Positions 37,452-45,727 of a stretch of 64,000 bases of DNA are shown piece after piece; position 1 is the first letter of the stretch, and the number at the start of each line of letters is the position of its first letter. Source of the stretch: Candidatus Sericytochromatia bacterium (GTDB lineage: Bacteria > Cyanobacteriota > Sericytochromatia > S15B-MN24 > UBA4093); the NCBI GenBank assembly GCA_036676985.1, contig JAKFBU010000041.1:128001-192000 (forward strand). The letters run 5' to 3'. The translations under genes and the position numbers were made by a program. A model generated the notes under the pieces. The model did no database searches, had not been told where the DNA came from, and was given only the letters and a program-made list of their open reading frames with translations.

Positions 37452-38595
37452 CCCCCGACGACAGAGCCCCCCCAACCCTGCCAGGTTGAAGGGGCGAGAA
37501 TTAAGGCGACAAGGCCATTTTACCCTGACTCCCCAGGAAGTGAAAGCGCGTGCTCGTGGCCGTTGGCTGCTCATCCTCTCGGCCTTAGCCCCTTCGCTCG
37601 ATGCGGCGATCGCACGCCCCGGCCACCATGTCGCCTGCCCCGGCCACGGCGGCAAGGATGGTTTCCGAGTGTTCCGAGACGCGGCCGAGACGGGCGGCGG
37701 GTGCTGCAACACGTGCGGCAAGTTCGCCGACGGATTGGCGCTGCTGATGTGGGCGAACGGCTGGACGTTCCAGGTCGCGCTCCGGGAGGTTGCTGCCTGC
37801 GTGGGCATGATCTCGGAGGCCCCCATGGGCTCCTGGAAGGCCACTTCCCTGCCGACCCCCATCATCCGCACCCCCGTGCGCCGAGAGTGGGCGCGTCAGG
37901 CCTTGGAGAAGGTCTGGAGGGCGTCCCTTCCCGGCGACCATCCCGAGGCAGAACCCATGCGGCTCTACCTGGCGGGGCGGGGCCTGGGGGCGATCCCTAT
38001 CCCCTCGGCGCTACGTTATCATCCGGCTCTCCCCTACCACTACGAAGGGCAGCTCATCGGAACCTACCCGGCCATGCTCGCCCTGATGGTCGATGCGGAT
38101 GGCAAACCCGTGTCCGTGCATCGCACCTACTTGGGTCAGGATGGCCGTAAAGCGGCTCCCGAGTGGAAGGGGGAGCTGCTGGATTCCCGAAAGCTTATGA
38201 GCCCTACCATCGAGGGCAACACTCGTGGCGGAGCCATCCGCCTGTTCGAGGCTGGCGCGGTGCTCGCCGTTGCCGAGGGCATCGAGACGGCGCTCGCCTA
38301 CCACCTACTTACCGGGCTCCCGACATGGGCGGCGGTGTCCGCCCAGGGGCTCGAAGCCTTGGCGGTCCCCGAAAAAGTAGAGACGGCGGTCATCGCCTGC
38401 GACCTGGATGCGCCCCGCAAAACGCCCAAGGGTTTGAAGTGTGCTGGCCAGGAGGCTGCGATCGAACTGGCCCGGAGGCTCAAGGCCGAGGGGCGCGCCT
38501 ACCGATTCGACCTCCCCCCTGACCTCAACCCCGGCGGTAACACGGACTGGAACGACGTTTTGACGCAGCAAGGGGGGATGAACCATGCCAGCTAA
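37444..38595 (+). CDS. P4-alpha-type zinc-binding + Toprim primase
   Basis: HVACPGHGGKDGFR..CCNTCG zinc finger; HRTYL, GGAIRL, AEGIETAL, IACDLD, DWNDV. Confidence 0.9.
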   Translation: MSSPRRQSPPNPARLKGRELRRQGHFTLTPQEVKARARGRWLLILSALAPSLDAAIARPGHHVACPGHGGKDGFRVFRDAAETGGGCCNTCGKFADGLALLMWANGWTFQVALREVAACVGMISEAPMGSWKATSLPTPIIRTPVRREWARQALEKVWRASLPGDHPEAEPMRLYLAGRGLGAIPIPSALRYHPALPYHYEGQLIGTYPAMLALMVDADGKPVSVHRTYLGQDGRKAAPEWKGELLDSRKLMSPTIEGNTRGGAIRLFEAGAVLAVAEGIETALAYHLLTGLPTWAAVSAQGLEALAVPEKVETAVIACDLDAPRKTPKGLKCAGQEAAIELARRLKAEGRAYRFDLPPDLNPGGNTDWNDVLTQQGGMNHAS

Positions 38596-39904
38596 GTACG
38601 CGACGCATGAACAGTTGGAGGCGGCGGTCGATGACCTGGCCGCCTCCGAAGAGAAGGCGATCGAAGAGTGGCCTAAGCTTCCCGACGCGGCCCTGTACGG
38701 GGTGATCGGTGATCTGGTGGAACTGGCTACCCGTGATAGCGAGGCGGACCCTGCCGCCGTCCTGATGACCTCGTTAGCTACGGCAGGGGCGATCATCGGC
38801 GCCGGTCCCTACGTCTTGGTTGGCGAGACGAAGCATCCGGCGCGGGCCTTCACCGTCCTGGTCGGTGCCTCCTCTCGCGCTCGTAAAGGCACCTCCGGCC
38901 ATCCCGTGCGGCGTATCTTTCGCGCCGCAGAAGAGCAACTCAAGAAAGAAGGAGCGCTTGTTGATGCCCTCGTCGAGAGCCACGGCCCCCTCTCCACGGG
39001 CGAGGGCCTGATCTACGCCGTGCGCGACCCGTCCGAGAAGGCGGACGAGGACGGCAAGCCGGTAGATGAAGGCGTAGTCGATAAGCGCCTCTTGGTGAGT
39101 GAGGGGGAGTTCGGCGCCCCACTGCGGGCGGCCCAGCGCGAGGGCAACACCCTGTCCGCGATCCTGCGGATGGCGTGGGATTCTGGCGACATCGCCCCCA
39201 TGACCAAGAGCAACCGAATCAAGGCGACCGGCGCTCACGTCTGCGTGGTGGGGCACATCACCCGCATGGAGCTAGGAGAGCTGCTGGAAACCTCGGACAT
39301 CTGGAACGGGCTCGCCAACCGCATCCTGTGGGCCTGCGTGCGGCGCAACAAGCTTACCCCGTTCCCGCGCCCCATGGACGATGCCGAGGTAGCGGCCATC
39401 GCCGCTCGTCTCGCCTCTGCCATTCGTCGCGCGTGGGGCGTCGGAATGGTCCTTTTCGATGATACGTCGGTGAGGATCTGGCAGCGGCTCTACCGCAAGC
39501 TGAGCGCCGACAAGCCGGGGGTGTTCGGCGCCGTGACGGCCCGAGCGGAGGCCCATGTGATCCGCCTATCCCTACTGTTCTGCCTCTTGGACGAGGAAGC
39601 GACCGTGCGCCGCCAGCACCTGAAGGCAGCCCTTGCCGTATGGCAATTCTGCGAGGCGTCCGCGATGGCCATCTTCGGGGATGCGACCGCGGACCCCGAA
39701 GCGAACCGAGTGCTGGAGTTCCTGTCCACGGGCGAGAAAACGCAAACCGAACTCCGCGACCTGTTCGGTCGGAACCTGTCAGGCGATCGCCTGGCCTCGA
39801 TCCTCTCGGAGTTGCAGGCCGTGGGACGAATCGAGCAGCGCAAGGAGAAGGGGAGGGGGCGCCCCGTCACCATGTGGTTCCTGAACCCCAACTTCCAGCA
39901 GTAG
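38585..39904 (+). CDS. DUF3987/YfjI-like putative replicative ATPase/helicase
   Basis: EADPAAV, P-loop-like VGASSRARKGTS, STGEGL, LRMAWD, NGLANR; C-terminal winged helix GRGRP. Confidence 0.8.
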   Translation: MPAKYATHEQLEAAVDDLAASEEKAIEEWPKLPDAALYGVIGDLVELATRDSEADPAAVLMTSLATAGAIIGAGPYVLVGETKHPARAFTVLVGASSRARKGTSGHPVRRIFRAAEEQLKKEGALVDALVESHGPLSTGEGLIYAVRDPSEKADEDGKPVDEGVVDKRLLVSEGEFGAPLRAAQREGNTLSAILRMAWDSGDIAPMTKSNRIKATGAHVCVVGHITRMELGELLETSDIWNGLANRILWACVRRNKLTPFPRPMDDAEVAAIAARLASAIRRAWGVGMVLFDDTSVRIWQRLYRKLSADKPGVFGAVTARAEAHVIRLSLLFCLLDEEATVRRQHLKAALAVWQFCEASAMAIFGDATADPEANRVLEFLSTGEKTQTELRDLFGRNLSGDRLASILSELQAVGRIEQRKEKGRGRPVTMWFLNPNFQQ

Positions 39905-40097
39905 CTACGACAAAAACGATTTTACCGACTAAAGCCCATCCATGCGGGTTTGAGGCCCCGACAAAGTTACGCAAAAAGTACGACTTAAGCCCCCGCCCGT
40001 ATCGCGCCCTGACTTAAGTCGTACTTTTCGTCGTAGTTACTGAACACCCTCAAACCCACTCGTAGAGCCTTTTCTCGCTTATGTCGTTTATATCGTA
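39905..40097. other. Putative replication origin (convergent CGAC iterons, long imperfect palindrome)
   Basis: Perfect 16-bp IR AAAAGTACGACTTAAG (39974-39989) / CTTAAGTCGTACTTTT (40013-40028); outer IR GGGTTTGAGG / CCTCAAACCC; directly after the primase-ATPase genes. Confidence 0.65.
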
Positions 40098-40124
40098 ACC
40101 AGGAGCAAGAAAGCGAGTGAAAAC

Positions 40125-40766
40125 TTGAAGCTTTTGGAGATGTTCGAGGCCCTGGAGCGCGAGCTGTCCCCAGCGCCTTCCTCGCCACCCCCCACGATCG
40201 CGGCGGCGGTCCCGCTCACTTCAGAGCGTGATCGCCTGGTGCTTGAGCACCGCTCTCGGCTTGAAGCCATTGGCACCCTGACGGGCGCTGACTTACAACT
40301 GGCAACGGAGCATCTGCTGAGCCTGGCCAAGCGGATCGATACCTTCTCGCGTCCGGGCGCGTTCGACTGGGCGGAGCTATGGGCTGGAGTGGGGGAGTTG
40401 GGCTTCATAACTCCCCAGGCCGAAGAGACTACCTGGATGGTCGAAACGGCGAGCTGCGCGGCGTGGCTCGCAGGTTTGGACCTGGCCACCATCAAGCCCT
40501 TCCAACTGCCCTCGGGGCGCGAGATCCGCAACCCGGCGACCTACCTCGCGGCCCTGCGGCGGGACGTAGGCAAGGGTCCCGGCGGCCCTCATGCGGGCCA
40601 GGTGGCGGTGGACCTGCGGGAGCTTGCGATCGCCCTCGCTGACGGTGAGGCCTCGCCAGCTCATCTTGGCATCCTTCAAGCGTACACACACCAAGGCACC
40701 GCGCGGGACAAGGAGGCCTTGCGGCAGTTGAGCACGGCCCTGGTGACGGCCGGGGGCGTGCGATGA
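40125..40766 (+). CDS. Hypothetical protein
   Basis: 213-aa ORF translationally coupled (ATGA) to the RusA-like gene; start uncertain. Confidence 0.6.
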   Translation: MKLLEMFEALERELSPAPSSPPPTIAAAVPLTSERDRLVLEHRSRLEAIGTLTGADLQLATEHLLSLAKRIDTFSRPGAFDWAELWAGVGELGFITPQAEETTWMVETASCAAWLAGLDLATIKPFQLPSGREIRNPATYLAALRRDVGKGPGGPHAGQVAVDLRELAIALADGEASPAHLGILQAYTHQGTARDKEALRQLSTALVTAGGVR

Positions 40767-41200
40767 CGACCTACACGCTACCGGGCTTCAAGGCTCGGCC
40801 CAAGGCACGACCGATCAGCGGCAAGGGCCGGATGTATGTCCCCCGCGAGTATCAACAATGGAAGGGCGAGATCCGGGCTTTCCTGGCTGTAACTTACGCC
40901 CCGATCCCAACGCAGGCCCCCGTGTCGGTAGCAATCGAGTTGCATGGCCCCAACCGGCCGCGCGGCGACCTCGACAACTTGGCTGGGGGACTGCTCGACG
41001 CCATCCAGCCACCGAGGGCCAAGGGTGACGTGCGAGCGCAACACCAGCTAGAGGCTTCCGTTAGCCTTGAGGACCGCCTAGCCGCCGCCACGGGGACCCT
41101 CATCGCCGACGACAAGCAGGTGGTCCGGTTGAGCATCGCCTGGATCAAGAGCCGGAAGCGGGCCATCATCTTGCGGCTCGAGGAGTCGGTTTCGGGCTAA
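40763..41200 (+). CDS. RusA-family crossover junction endodeoxyribonuclease
   Basis: PKARP..MYVP..Y..WK, GDLDNL..LLDAI, DDKQV. Confidence 0.8.
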   Translation: MTTYTLPGFKARPKARPISGKGRMYVPREYQQWKGEIRAFLAVTYAPIPTQAPVSVAIELHGPNRPRGDLDNLAGGLLDAIQPPRAKGDVRAQHQLEASVSLEDRLAAATGTLIADDKQVVRLSIAWIKSRKRAIILRLEESVSG

Positions 41201-41217
41201 TTCGTCACGTGACAAAC

Positions 41218-41251
41218 GCTCTGGGTGTATCGGCGCCGATACACCCAGAGC
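41218..41251. repeat. Perfect 34-bp palindrome with no spacer
   Basis: GCTCTGGGTGTATCGGC|GCCGATACACCCAGAGC. Confidence 0.9.
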
Positions 41252-41257
41252 CCTGTT

Positions 41258-41635
41258 TTAGGTGGTGGCGCCACCACCGGGGCTCTCCCACCAGTAACCC
41301 TTTCCTGTTGGAGGCGGTGGGTTCATGCGCTCCCGCAGCATCTCAACCGTCACGGACTGGCCTCGTAAGAATCGACCAAAGGCGCGGGGGTGAACCTCTG
41401 AGAAGCGTCTGTAGATGAACACCGCCAGGTTTTCCGTCTCGTCACGGTTGGGGTCCCACTCGCTCTCCTCATCCATGATCTGTCGCATAGCCGAAAAGAG
41501 CTCGCGATGCTCGGGTTCTTGCAGGATCCTCTTCGCCCATGGCCTGAAGTAGTAGTTGAAGTCATCGATGGGTTTCGGGTTGCTCTCGCTGTTCAGCCCG
41601 AAGATCTTCCCCAGGAGCGAGTTGTCGTCATCCAC
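41258..41635 (-). CDS. Hypothetical protein (cargo)
   Basis: 125 aa, GTG start after a purine-rich RBS, 24 bp downstream of the HTH gene. Confidence 0.65.
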   Translation of the reverse strand: MDDDNSLLGKIFGLNSESNPKPIDDFNYYFRPWAKRILQEPEHRELFSAMRQIMDEESEWDPNRDETENLAVFIYRRFSEVHPRAFGRFLRGQSVTVEMLRERMNPPPPTGKGYWWESPGGGATT

Positions 41636-41659
41636 GGGGGCCCCCTCTCTACAGGTGCA

Positions 41660-42199
41660 TCACGTTCCGTTGCCGTCCGTTTGCGGCTTCTCGTCGTTCT
41701 CCTTCATGGCATCCATGACCGCAGCAACGGCTGCGGCCGTCCCTGCTGCAGCCGTTGCTGCACGTGCAGCTGCAACAACAGCGCCTCCACCAAGGATGGC
41801 GCCTAAGGCTGGAGCGGCCAGAGCGCCAAGCAAACCACCGATAAGACCGTTACCAACAACAGCTCCCACATGAGGTACCCACCGACGCAACTCCCGCTCC
41901 CTCTTCTTCTTCTCGGACGCGTTCTTCTCGAGGAGCTTCTCGTAGAGCTTGTTGATGAAATCGATGGCATCGGGGTTATTGTTTTGGGCTTGTTCGACGA
42001 AGGCGGCAAGCTGGCTGGCCGTTGCTACCAGGGCAGAGCGCTTCTCAAGGCCAGCGAGCTCCTCATCACTCTTCTCCTCGAGCCGGACGACGTTGGGCTT
42101 CGACGTTCCAAGAAGTTCAGCCATTTCTTCCAGACTAAGCTTCAAGGTGGTGCGAACCGTCCTGATGTAGTTCTCCTGCTGATTTTCAGGGTTATTCAT
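41660..42199 (-). CDS. XRE-type HTH protein with C-terminal glycine-zipper hydrophobic segment
   Basis: GGAGG RBS; IRTVRTTLKLSLEEMAELLGTSKPNVVRLE (HTH_3-like); GAVVGNGLIGGLLGALAAPALGAILGGG. Confidence 0.75.
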   Translation of the reverse strand: MNNPENQQENYIRTVRTTLKLSLEEMAELLGTSKPNVVRLEEKSDEELAGLEKRSALVATASQLAAFVEQAQNNNPDAIDFINKLYEKLLEKNASEKKKRERELRRWVPHVGAVVGNGLIGGLLGALAAPALGAILGGGAVVAAARAATAAAGTAAAVAAVMDAMKENDEKPQTDGNGT

Positions 42200-42259
42200 G
42201 TTTTCCTCCAAAGTCAAAAAGGGCAGAGGCCCGAGAGCCCCCACCCGTAAAGGTTGTAG

Positions 42260-42397
42260 TTACTGTTTGGCTCCAAACAGCACGTTCAACGTAACGCTCG
42301 AGACCATGTGGCCAAGGTTACCCATGTGCTTCTCGCAGTCCTCGCGGGTCATGTTGGTCCGGATGGCTTCCCGCACCTTGTTCAGAAAATCGCTCAT
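42260..42397 (-). CDS. 45-aa micro-ORF (not in ORF track)
   Basis: GGAGGG RBS; MSDFLNKVREAIRTNMTREDCEKHMGNLGHMVSSVTLNVLFGAKQ*. Confidence 0.6.
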   Translation of the reverse strand: MSDFLNKVREAIRTNMTREDCEKHMGNLGHMVSSVTLNVLFGAKQ

Positions 42398-42417
42398 TAC
42401 CTTGCCCTCCTTCAGAC

Positions 42418-42543
42418 TTAGGCCTTAGCCCCGAAAAACGCGGCGACAGTGACGATCACACCAGCGACAGCAGCCACCTTCTTGGCTGCGTCACCGGTAA
42501 CCTTGGCGGCCTTGATGATGATGCGGATCGTGTTGGCGTTCAT
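42418..42543 (-). CDS. 41-aa cationic/hydrophobic micro-ORF (not in ORF track)
   Basis: AAGGAG RBS; MNANTIRIIIKAAKVTGDAAKKVAAVAGVIVTVAAFFGAKA*. Confidence 0.65.
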   Translation of the reverse strand: MNANTIRIIIKAAKVTGDAAKKVAAVAGVIVTVAAFFGAKA

Positions 42544-42831
42544 GAGGTGGCTCCTTTACTGACAAACCCTCTGGCGTCCGTCGATGACCGAACCATTGCT
42601 TGCTGATACATTCATACCACATTTGGACCGAAACTGACCGACAAAATCCGAAAAAGAACAAAGATTTAATCCTCTACAAACCGTTGATTGAACCTATGTG
42701 GGTGCTACTACTTGCCGTTGTTAGCTTATAGCTAGTATGTAATGGACAATACTTGTAAGTTTTGTTCTCACATGATACCGTGGTATCCACACAGGGACCT
42801 GCTTACGCCCAACTCTGGATGTAAGGACTTG

Positions 42832-43014
42832 ATGACCGACGCCGAGATGTTCAAGGCCGCCTTGATGGTCGCCTGCCGCGAGCTCTACTACACCCAGAAG
42901 TACGGGCACCCGTTGCCTGACATCCTGACGCCGCTCACCGATGCCGAGGCCCAGGAGGTCCACAAGCTCTACGAGCGGTTCATGGATGAGGCCATCGTCT
43001 GCCTCGAGGCCTAG
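42832..43014 (+). CDS. Small hypothetical protein
   Basis: 60 aa from ATG 42832 after AAGGA; codon bias switches to coding-like at this point. Confidence 0.55.
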   Translation: MTDAEMFKAALMVACRELYYTQKYGHPLPDILTPLTDAEAQEVHKLYERFMDEAIVCLEA

Positions 43015-43031
43015 AAGCGGAGGACGGGTCG

Positions 43032-43766
43032 ATGAAGCTGGCCGGGTACGTCCGGGTAAGCACCGACGAGCAGAGCAAGGGCTACGGCCCCCAGATGCAG
43101 CTCGAGGCCATCAAGGACTTCTGCAAGGTCAACGGGCACGAGCTGGTGGCGGTCCATGAGGACCTCGGGCTCTCGGGGGCCACGATGGATCGTCCGGGCC
43201 TCCAGGCTATGCTTTCCCAGCTCGATCAGGCCGAGGGCATCATCGTCTACTCGGTCTGCCGGCTCTCGCGCGACCGCATCGACACCCAGATCATCACCGA
43301 CCGCACCCTCTGGCCCGCAGGCAAGCTCCTCTTCGCGGCCACCCAGCAGGTAGACATCCGCACCGAAGAAGGCCGTCTGATGGTCGCTCTCATGGCGGGC
43401 CTCAACCAGCTCGAGCGGGTGAAGATCATCAAGCGCACCCACGACGGGCGGCAAGCGAAGGCCAGAGCCGGAGGATACGCCGGGGGCCGCCCGAGCTTCG
43501 GCAAACGCAAGCTCTGGGTGCTGGACGACCAGGGCAACGTCACCGAGAAGAAGCTGATCGACGATCCGACCGAGGCCGCGGTCATGGACCTCATCCGGCG
43601 GCACCACCGCTCGGGCAAGACGGCCTACGCCATCGCCAAGTACCTCAACGCCAACGGATACACCACCAAGACCGGGAAGGCCTGGACCCACGTTCAAGTC
43701 GCCCGCATCGTAGCACGAACGAAGGGAGGGGCCGATGTCAGCAAAGGAACTGCTCGCGGCTTGTGA
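43032..43766 (+). CDS. Serine recombinase (resolvase catalytic domain + recombinase-type C-terminus)
   Basis: GYVRVSTDEQ, D.GLSGA..DRPGL, RLSRD, ERVKIIKRT..G, GGRPSFG, IAKYLN..G..T..GKAW. Confidence 0.93.
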   Translation: MKLAGYVRVSTDEQSKGYGPQMQLEAIKDFCKVNGHELVAVHEDLGLSGATMDRPGLQAMLSQLDQAEGIIVYSVCRLSRDRIDTQIITDRTLWPAGKLLFAATQQVDIRTEEGRLMVALMAGLNQLERVKIIKRTHDGRQAKARAGGYAGGRPSFGKRKLWVLDDQGNVTEKKLIDDPTEAAVMDLIRRHHRSGKTAYAIAKYLNANGYTTKTGKAWTHVQVARIVARTKGGADVSKGTARGL

Positions 43767-43908
43767 GGCCGCCGGGATCACCCTAGACGAGGCCCTGGCC
43801 GACTACATCAAGGGGGCCAAGCTCATCGAGCGGATGCGGCTGCTGGAGATCTACCGGGCGCAGGGAGTCGAGGCCCTGCTTGAGGCGCTCCAGGAGGGTA
43901 AGGGCTAG
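43735..43908 (+). CDS. 57-aa helical micro-ORF (not in ORF track)
   Basis: GGAGG RBS; MSAKELLAACEAAGITLDEALADYIKGAKLIERMRLLEIYRAQGVEALLEALQEGKG*; overlaps the recombinase stop. Confidence 0.55.
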   Translation: MSAKELLAACEAAGITLDEALADYIKGAKLIERMRLLEIYRAQGVEALLEALQEGKG

Positions 43909-44092
43909 AGCCCGGTGGCTGAAACCCAGCAGGCACACGGCGGCCTTCTAAAACCGCTCCAAGAGGCCCAGGAAGGCGGGTCGCAAGGCGGAAGGTCTTA
44001 CTGGTCATGGCGAAGGCCGATGTCTTGGTCTGGAGTCACCTGAGCGGCCCGATCTTGGCGAGGACGACGATGGTGGGGGAGGGGGATGCAAG

Positions 44093-44623
44093 ATGAGCAA
44101 CAAGAAGGCCACAACCACCAAGGCGATCACCAAGGCCGACGAGGCGACCAAGCCAGCACTACCCCGTAGCTGGGCAAAGGAAAAGAGCCGTACTGTCGTC
44201 CGAGATAGCGCGGCGAGTGCCGCCGTCGTCTCGGCCATCTTATCCCCGTTAACGAACGTCACAGGCCCCGATGGCGAGGTCCAGAACCTTTCTACCAGTG
44301 TGGCCTTTGAGATGATCGAGGCCTTGATGGCCGACCTGGGGCCGTGCTCGGCTATCGAGCGTATGCTGATCGAGCAGCTGGCCATCACCCACGCCCAGAT
44401 CATCAGGACGCACCGTATGGTTACTCAGACCGATTACTACGACCACAAGGAGCAGATGCTAGGCGCGGCGAGCAGGCTCCAGGCCGACTACCGCAAGACC
44501 GTGATGACCTTGAAGGAGCTACGAGCCCCGAGCAAGAACGTCATCTTCGCTCAGCAGGCCAACATCGCCCAGCAGCAGGTGGTTACCCAAACAAACCAAA
44601 CCACTTCGGGCGCATCCACTTAG
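44093..44623 (+). CDS. Hypothetical mobile-element protein
   Basis: P..AIERMLIEQLAITH..LKELR..QQANIA pattern, recalled from islands next to STGPKT-motif genes. Confidence 0.65.
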   Translation: MSNKKATTTKAITKADEATKPALPRSWAKEKSRTVVRDSAASAAVVSAILSPLTNVTGPDGEVQNLSTSVAFEMIEALMADLGPCSAIERMLIEQLAITHAQIIRTHRMVTQTDYYDHKEQMLGAASRLQADYRKTVMTLKELRAPSKNVIFAQQANIAQQQVVTQTNQTTSGAST

Positions 44624-44882
44624 GCTGATGAAACCGAAGCCCCATCAACAAAACCAGCATCAATCCGCCCCCACAGCCGCCGTAGGCACCGAAATTCATG
44701 AGCACCTTGTCACTGTCAAAGAAGAGTGAGGTGACGAGCATTATTACTACCCCAGAGCCGAAGAGCGCTGCAATCGCTTGCCCGTAGCCGTCGCTAAAAC
44801 CTTCTGCGTAGTTCCTTCGGTATCTTTCAAGTGGTGTTTCTTGCTCGTTGCCGACGACAGGCTCTGCGCTCGAGTTATCCAT
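44583..44882 (-). CDS. Small 2-TM membrane protein (cargo)
   Basis: 99 aa, two hydrophobic segments, low GC, opposite strand. Confidence 0.5.
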   Translation of the reverse strand: MDNSSAEPVVGNEQETPLERYRRNYAEGFSDGYGQAIAALFGSGVVIMLVTSLFFDSDKVLMNFGAYGGCGGGLMLVLLMGLRFHQPKWMRPKWFGLFG

Positions 44883-44929
44883 GCTGCCCCCTAAAATTAA
44901 TCAAACAACGAACGAACTAGGTACCAATC

Positions 44930-45331
44930 ATGCCCAAGAAGTTGATACCGCGCCAGAAGGCCGCCCGTCAAAACAGGGCCAAACGCCCACCACTATCGCC
45001 AGAGAGCCGGGAGAGGCTGCGACAGGCTGCTTTGGTGAACCGGCCCTGGGAGTACAGTACCGGCCCAAAGACCCCCGAGGGCAAGAAGGCATCCCGCGAG
45101 AACGCCCTTCGACATGGGGCTCGGTCCTCGACTCTGCTGCCATGCGGCGCTCAAGCCTTCCTAGAGGCCTTGCGAGCCGCCGAACGCTGTGCCGGGGTAT
45201 TACCGACCCCCCTCGACGCCATTAAGGCCCTAGATGACCTCCTCGAGGGCCAGCACGTTGAGACGTACCTACTCGGGGCGAAGTTGATGTTGCGGTATCA
45301 ACGGTTGGTCTTGGGGGCGACCACGACCTAG
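44930..45331 (+). CDS. HGGxSTG-like (STGPKT..NA..HG motif) protein
   Basis: RPWEYSTGPKTPEGKKASRENALRHG. Confidence 0.7.
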   Translation: MPKKLIPRQKAARQNRAKRPPLSPESRERLRQAALVNRPWEYSTGPKTPEGKKASRENALRHGARSSTLLPCGAQAFLEALRAAERCAGVLPTPLDAIKALDDLLEGQHVETYLLGAKLMLRYQRLVLGATTT

Positions 45332-45409
45332 GGCTACTTGCCCTCGGGGGCCTGGGGCCGGCGCTGAGCTACAATGTCATCGCACCCACCAAGAGTCGAG
45401 GTGATTAAC

Positions 45410-45577
45410 GTGCCACTAATGCCCTGCCGCGACTGCGAAAAACCTATGAGCGATCTTGCCCCCAAGTGCCCTCACTGCGGGGCACCGACACTAGATGTCG
45501 AAATAATAACCTACGGGGCTTTTGGGGTCTTTGTGATACTTTTAATCCTCATCGCAGCTGCTTCGTTCTCAAGATAG
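45410..45577 (+). CDS. Small zinc-ribbon membrane protein
   Basis: GAGGTG RBS; CRDC..CPHCG followed by a C-terminal TM. Confidence 0.7.
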   Translation: MPLMPCRDCEKPMSDLAPKCPHCGAPTLDVEIITYGAFGVFVILLILIAAASFSR

Positions 45578-45727
45578 GCCTGCCAGCTTACGACCGAGCA
45601 CTCCGGAGAGCACCAAGCACCCCGCACCTCGGACCGACTCCGGACCCTTGGTGATCGGCTCCACTGTCACGTAACGCATCAACGGCTACACTCTAGCTCG
45701 ACCATCTTTCTGGAAAGGTAGGGCACG

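Noticed and set aside
39905-40097. Possible CRISPR array
   Set aside because: Repeats are short, degenerate and inverted, with no constant repeat-spacer period and no cas genes
43032-43766. IS607-family transposase
   Set aside because: No N-terminal HTH before the catalytic domain and no tnpB downstream
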